From the NCBI GenBank assembly GCA_903884815.1, contig CAISGE010000004.1, forward strand, positions 5,136 to 69,135: DNA of 64,000 bases. Direction: 5' to 3'. The notes beneath the pieces are model-generated. The model was not told where the DNA came from and made no database searches. It worked only from the letters and a program-made list of their open reading frames with translations. Origin of the DNA: Candidatus Omnitrophota bacterium. GTDB lineage: Bacteria; Omnitrophota; Omnitrophia; Omnitrophales; Aquincolibacteriaceae. This document shows positions 34,001 to 40,000 of the stretch, piece by piece. Numbering within the stretch: the first letter of the stretch is position 1; the number at the start of each line of letters is the position of its first letter. Made by a program: the position numbers and the translations under genes.

Positions 34001-37000
34001 TAGTGGCCTTCTTCTCCTCCACGGAAGAGTTCGCGTAGAAAATCGTAATTAACCTCAAAATCATGCTCAATCCTCAAGAGAAAGGCGGGCTTATTTTCCG
34101 TGACGCCCACCAACCACAAGATAAGATCTTTTTTAGATTCCGGAGCAAGCTCGGAAACGACCTGGAGCAGTATCTTTTCTTTGCCAAAAAGATTATCCCG
34201 AACCCCTTCTTTCCTGGTATTCCCTCGGAATTGAAGAAGATAAGACTGCACAATCTCCAGCATGCGGGGCGTTACAACCCTTTCATTCTGGATCGAGCGA
34301 AGCACATCGTCCCGAGTGTAGCTGAATTCCTTAAAATAGTTTTCGACGACGATCCTGACCTCCTCTGAAAAATCGCTAAAAAGATCCGGACGCATTTCAC
34401 GGTCAACTTCCAGTGCCAGGAGAGCCGATCGCTCGCGAACGCTAGAACTCTTGAAGTCGTTATCCAGCATCGCCCTCATATGAGTGATGAGACTGTCTTG
34501 TTGCTCGCGGGTCAATTTGTTCGCACGCATCGCGTCACGGATACCCCGGAACAGCTGTTCCATGAAGTAGTCTTTCGGTTCCGAGTTTTCGGCAAAAAAG
34601 GAACGGACCAAATCCCTCCGAGACTGCATGACCTCAACAATATCCTTAACCTCTGTCTCCGGCACTTCCGCCGACAAGTGAGAAGCAAGTATGTCCCGGA
34701 GGAGCATCGGAACTGCATACACGATCTGGGTGGCATGCCCGCCCGTATTCGTGAACTCAGCGGGAGTGTAGCGTTCCGTCACGCTGGAAGGAGCGAACTG
34801 ACCTGCATTATTTATATTGATCGCGCAATTTTCACTCTTGGAAATCCGAATGCGTTCATTGGCCTCCTCCATGGCAACGTCAAGCTGAAGCGACGGCATG
34901 ATAAGCGCCGCGGAACGGAGAATGGCTTGTTGCTGCCCCGCTGGAAGCGCACCTATTTTCTGGCGCACCCCCGCGATGTCAAAATAGTCGGCCATCGTGT
35001 CGTCCACGACCACTCCGTTTTTCCTGAGAACCATCTCCACAAACACAAGATAAAGAGCCATGTTCTTCATCATGCCGTCCGGAAGAACGGCGTTCAGCTC
35101 CGCCACCACCTCTTCGAAAGTGCGCCCAGCGGCTGAAATCGGAAGGCCATAATCGAGCAGGCGATTGAATATCTGACTCGGCAGTAAATTCTGCACAGTG
35201 CCGGGAGAAACATTTCTGATCAAATCTGAAGGAAGATACAGAAGCCACCTGTTTTGCCAATCGTGAGTTGAAAACGGGCCCAGATATGCCTGATCCGAAA
35301 TCTCAACATCAGGAGTATCCGAAAAGAATAGCCGGTCCACCCGGTATGGAACCTCCCCGATACGCCGGGACCGTCCGTGAGTATCAAATATTCCGTTGTC
35401 TCTGTATTTCCCTAGACGAAGGGCCAAAGCAATTCTCACCATGAATCCGTTCCATGTCCTTATGCGCCCGATAGCGCTTGGCTTCCAATCACCGGGCAAA
35501 TTTCTAATCATCCTGGAAAATGTCCCCCGCTTCGTCTGGACATCCCTCTGCGACAAAAGGTAGTTGTACAAAGCGGTCCGCTCGACAAGCGAAAACGGAA
35601 CATTGTGAACCGGGTCTGTTTTCTTAAATGAGCCGGAAGCCGCGGGATCTCCGTCGTCGATCAGTTTTATCTTCTTGAAATACTCGATGATCCCCTCATA
35701 GTCATTCGCGCCGAAGACGCCGCCCATTTCGTAGAAGAAGATAATTTTTCTGATCGGTAAGGCCAACTCTCCGGCATTTTCCACACCCGCGGCGGCTAGA
35801 GCGGAATCTATCCGATCGGATAATAATTCCTCGCTCAGACCATTCTCGCCAAGGATCATTTCATAGAGACGGCTATTCATGAGCAAAAGGTCCTCCTGTT
35901 GGAGGCTTCTCGCGTAGAGCCCCCTATCAAAGGCCCGGACGTCATAATTCCTGTCTGGATCCTGTTCATCTTCAAGCTTCCAACGCTCATTCAAGTCAGC
36001 GGCGTGGGTTGTAAGGGCATAGCGTAAAAGGTCTATTTCGCCCTCCGGCCCAAGGTGGTAATATTCCATGATCGTAGAAATGTAATCCCCGTATTTACCT
36101 TTAAACATCTCGAGAGCAAGCTGAACCGCTTCCACGGCGGTCGGCGCATTGATCGCCTTGAGCCACCTCAGCACAAATTCTCTATTTTCAATGACGGGGT
36201 TCGCCCCCCCATTAAAGCAAGTAGCATGAATAGGCAGATTTCTTTGTTCTTCCGCGCTTAACAGGCCCGTGGCAAGAAGAGCTAATAGATCCTCAACGGA
36301 GTCAATGGGGTGATCGGTTAAAAGCCTCAGGAACTGTTTACGGTCAGCATCGTTCAGCGTTGCGCCAGCGCTAAGCTTCTTTACCATGGCGCTCTCAACC
36401 AATCTCAAAATATCCCTGAATAAGAGCTCCCCGCCCAGAGGCTTCGCCTCATACTGGGCACGAACCTCAAGTTCCCGTTTTCTCTGATCGATCCGTCTGT
36501 AAAGATCCATCAACTGTTCGGGAGTGAGACTGTCCTGATTGCGTGCCAGATATTCCCGGACAACTGATTCGATGAATCTTATGTGGGAATCAAAAATCAC
36601 ACTTTTCAATTCCAGAAAACTCTTCTCCATATCCTCCCGTCCATGATCCTGGGCGGTCTTCTGCCGCGCAGCTCTGGACAAAGAAGGAACAGATTGGCTT
36701 TCAAAATTCAATATGTCCGGAGGCTGCGCTTCTAGCAGCCCGAGCAATGATTCGCCATTGACAGCACTCCCGGACTTTGTCAAAAATTCAGTGATTCTCG
36801 AAGCGAACTCTTCTGCGGAGGAATTCGAAGATAAAAATTTATCGACGGCATCTTCCAAGACGAATTTGCGTTGAACCTCATACGCAGAAACTTCATCGGG
36901 TGATAGCTTGGAACATAAAGTGCTCGCGCGACTTTTGTAGACGGCTTCGCTATCATCCACCCCGTTTTTCCTCTTCAGAATGTAGGCGAGAGCATAGAGT

Positions 37001-40000
37001 GTTTGAAGTTCTTCCATGGTTTCGGCACTGCTCATCAAATCGAGAATCATTTTGAGCGATGCCTTATCCCCGTAGTTGACAAAGCTCCCAGTTATGCGCT
37101 TCGACACAGCTTCCTCTTTAAGACCGCTTTCGCGCGTTCTCCTCCGTGATTGACCACCTAACTCCTTGGTAGCCAGCGTCGAAATATCACCTCGGGTGTC
37201 ATTAAAATGACGCCAATATCTCTTTTTCTGATTCTCCATATTCTTGAGGCGTCTCTCCACCGTATTGTGTTCCCCAAGCCACGAGTCTTTAAGATTATTC
37301 GCTTTCATATATTCCCGGATACACCTCATCGCCATGATCGCGCCCTGCATTGAATAACCAGCCGATTCCATAAAATCCAGCGCGTTATTGTCCGCATCCT
37401 CTTCGTCTGTAAACCGTACGGCACGACGCTTGAGGATCGAATTCAGCGGAGGATTCACCCCCAACCGTTGCTCTTCCTCATAGTCCGCCCAGCCCTGTTT
37501 GATATGCCCGGTCTCATGCGAAAGGATATAGGCAATCATCGCCCGCGACCCTGCAAGTTTTTGATCAGGCGGCAACTGAGCAACATAAGCTTCGATCAGC
37601 TTCAAAAACCCAAGCGAAATATAAACGCGATGATCACCGGGATAAACAAACGCGTCGGGTTCATTCTTGTCCATGAGATGAAGTTCAAATTGATCCGGAA
37701 CAAGTCCCACTTTTTGAGACCCGAGGATGTCCCTGAAAACAGTCTCGACTTCATTATAAATCCCTGAAAACTCTCCCGAATTTCTTCCGATCAACCCATC
37801 TTTCGCTAAAATCGCGCGCATTGCCGCGTTATTTTCTCCCTCGATCGCCGCGTCGATTGGAATCCGCCCTTTAACAGGCAAGGTCCGTGTCTCAGCACGG
37901 CCATTCAAATAATTCTCAATCGCTAGATCAAAATCAGCAGGTTCGGCTTCCAGAAAACGCACGACATTCCGGACAAAATCCCTTTTGATTTTATCCGTTG
38001 CATCCATTCCTCTCAAATGCTGAAAAACAGGCTTAGAACTCTCCCCAAGAACACCGCCCAGAAATCCCAGTAATTCCGCAGCATCTTTAAAGAACCTCCG
38101 TACGAGTTGCAGCTGCCCCAAAACCGTTGTGAAAGCTGAAATCAAGACTTCGTTAGAGTCGGTCGGCAGGTCGAACGCTTTAACCGGATCGATAAACACA
38201 AGATCAGGTGTGGCCCCTTTGGCCACCTCTTCTGGATTCCGAAGTAATACATCGTCGATGCCGTAATCATAAACGACGCCTACCGGAAATCCGGACTGGA
38301 ATTCAAACTGAACCTGAGACCATAACAGGTGAGCATCCGAAAGCAACTGTTCAAAGATCCTCTTCCGGATCCCGGGATCCTTATTCGATTTAATGAACGA
38401 TTCTAGAGTGACGCCGCTCTCCCATTCTGAAAGCTGCATATAAACTAGATCGGTGTCTACAAAATGCACTTGGGAATCGACCGATATCTCGCGGGCAACT
38501 TTGCGGGCAACTCTCGGATTGGAGACGATCTTCAGGTTCAATGCCTTATCCCGCTTAGCGGACTGCAAATTCAAATGACGCTCATCAGAAAATTTTATCG
38601 CAAGATCCCGGGATACCCCGCCGGCTTGAAAGGTCATACGATGAACGTGTCGACCGGAGCCTGAAAGAACGCCTGCGTGAACTGATATATGGATCACCTC
38701 GTTCACAGGAATACCCACATCGGCCAAATAATGATTTAATTCGGATTCATGCTCATGAAGGAAAGGAAATAGCCTTTGTTCGAACAGCTGATGACCATCC
38801 TGAAATCCAGCTTGATTTCCGGCCGCGCTCCACTCAAAAATCAATCCACCTTTCGTCAGCTTCTCACCCTTCTGCCCTGACGCGAGATCTTTGGTACTTA
38901 CAGGCTCCGTAGTAGCAATGGGCTCTTCAGTCGGCCGGACTTTGGAGCGTGGTTTTTGGCGGCCTTCGGAGCGGGCGAGTGAGACGGTGACGGAATATTT
39001 GGATCCGTCTCCGATGGGCGTGAAATGAACGGCATAGAACTTTCCGTTCTTCGTGAAGGCATCGCTTGTCATAACATACCCGTTCTCACCTTCGGGTTCG
39101 ACATTCAACGGGTGTTCGAATTCCTTGGCGACAAAATCGTTATAGAATTTTATCGTTGCTTCAAGATTTTTGGGATCGCCTCCTAGTAGCTTTAAAAACC
39201 AGCTCTCGAGATGTCTTTCCAGCGCCTCGATATCGACCCCTTGATCAGACAAGACTCCTGACCGCTGCAGCACGCTTGGTAATTCCAGGGTCGCGAGGTC
39301 GAACAAGCTGGACTGCGTCTGGAGCATATTCTGCCGGTACATCTTGTCGTTGCTTTTCTCGGTAAGACGCGGGGTGAGAATACCGTAACTGGTCTGATGT
39401 TCCCGGAGGAGGTCCGTGATCCCGTCCGTGTGAAAACCGCCGGTGACGAGAATGGCTTTGGACACCGCTCCCTTGGTCATGACGTCGTTGATCTTTTCGT
39501 AAAACACATTTTCACGTTTATGCGCGGCTTCGTAAAAACTGTAGGCCGCCGCTTGGGCGCCTGTCACTTCCGAGCGGAATTTGTCATTCACTTTCTTGGT
39601 CTCGAAATTCGAAAGCGGCAGCCCGTACTCTTTGCTGAGCGCCGTGCCGATCACTTTAAGTCGCGCCACCATCGCGTCCATGGACAGTGAGTCTGCATTT
39701 TCCGTCATTCTGAAGCCTGCGGCCGAAGAATCTCCGCCAAGATCCTTCGCTTCGTTCAGGGTGGCAGGGGTTTTGACTAATCCTCGTTTCTGCTCCACCT
39801 CCTGCCATTCCTTGCGCGGAAGCTCGAGGTTGAGGAGCTTGCGAATGAGCTCTTCATCACGGAACAGCTGCACGAGTTCCTTCTGCCGCGGCGACACAGC
39901 CTGGGTGTCGAGAATGCGCGTGAAAACGGCCTTGATCTCCTCAAATAGGCCTTTCGGATCAAGTTCGTTTTTTAAGATGAGATAACCGGCATAAGTGCTG

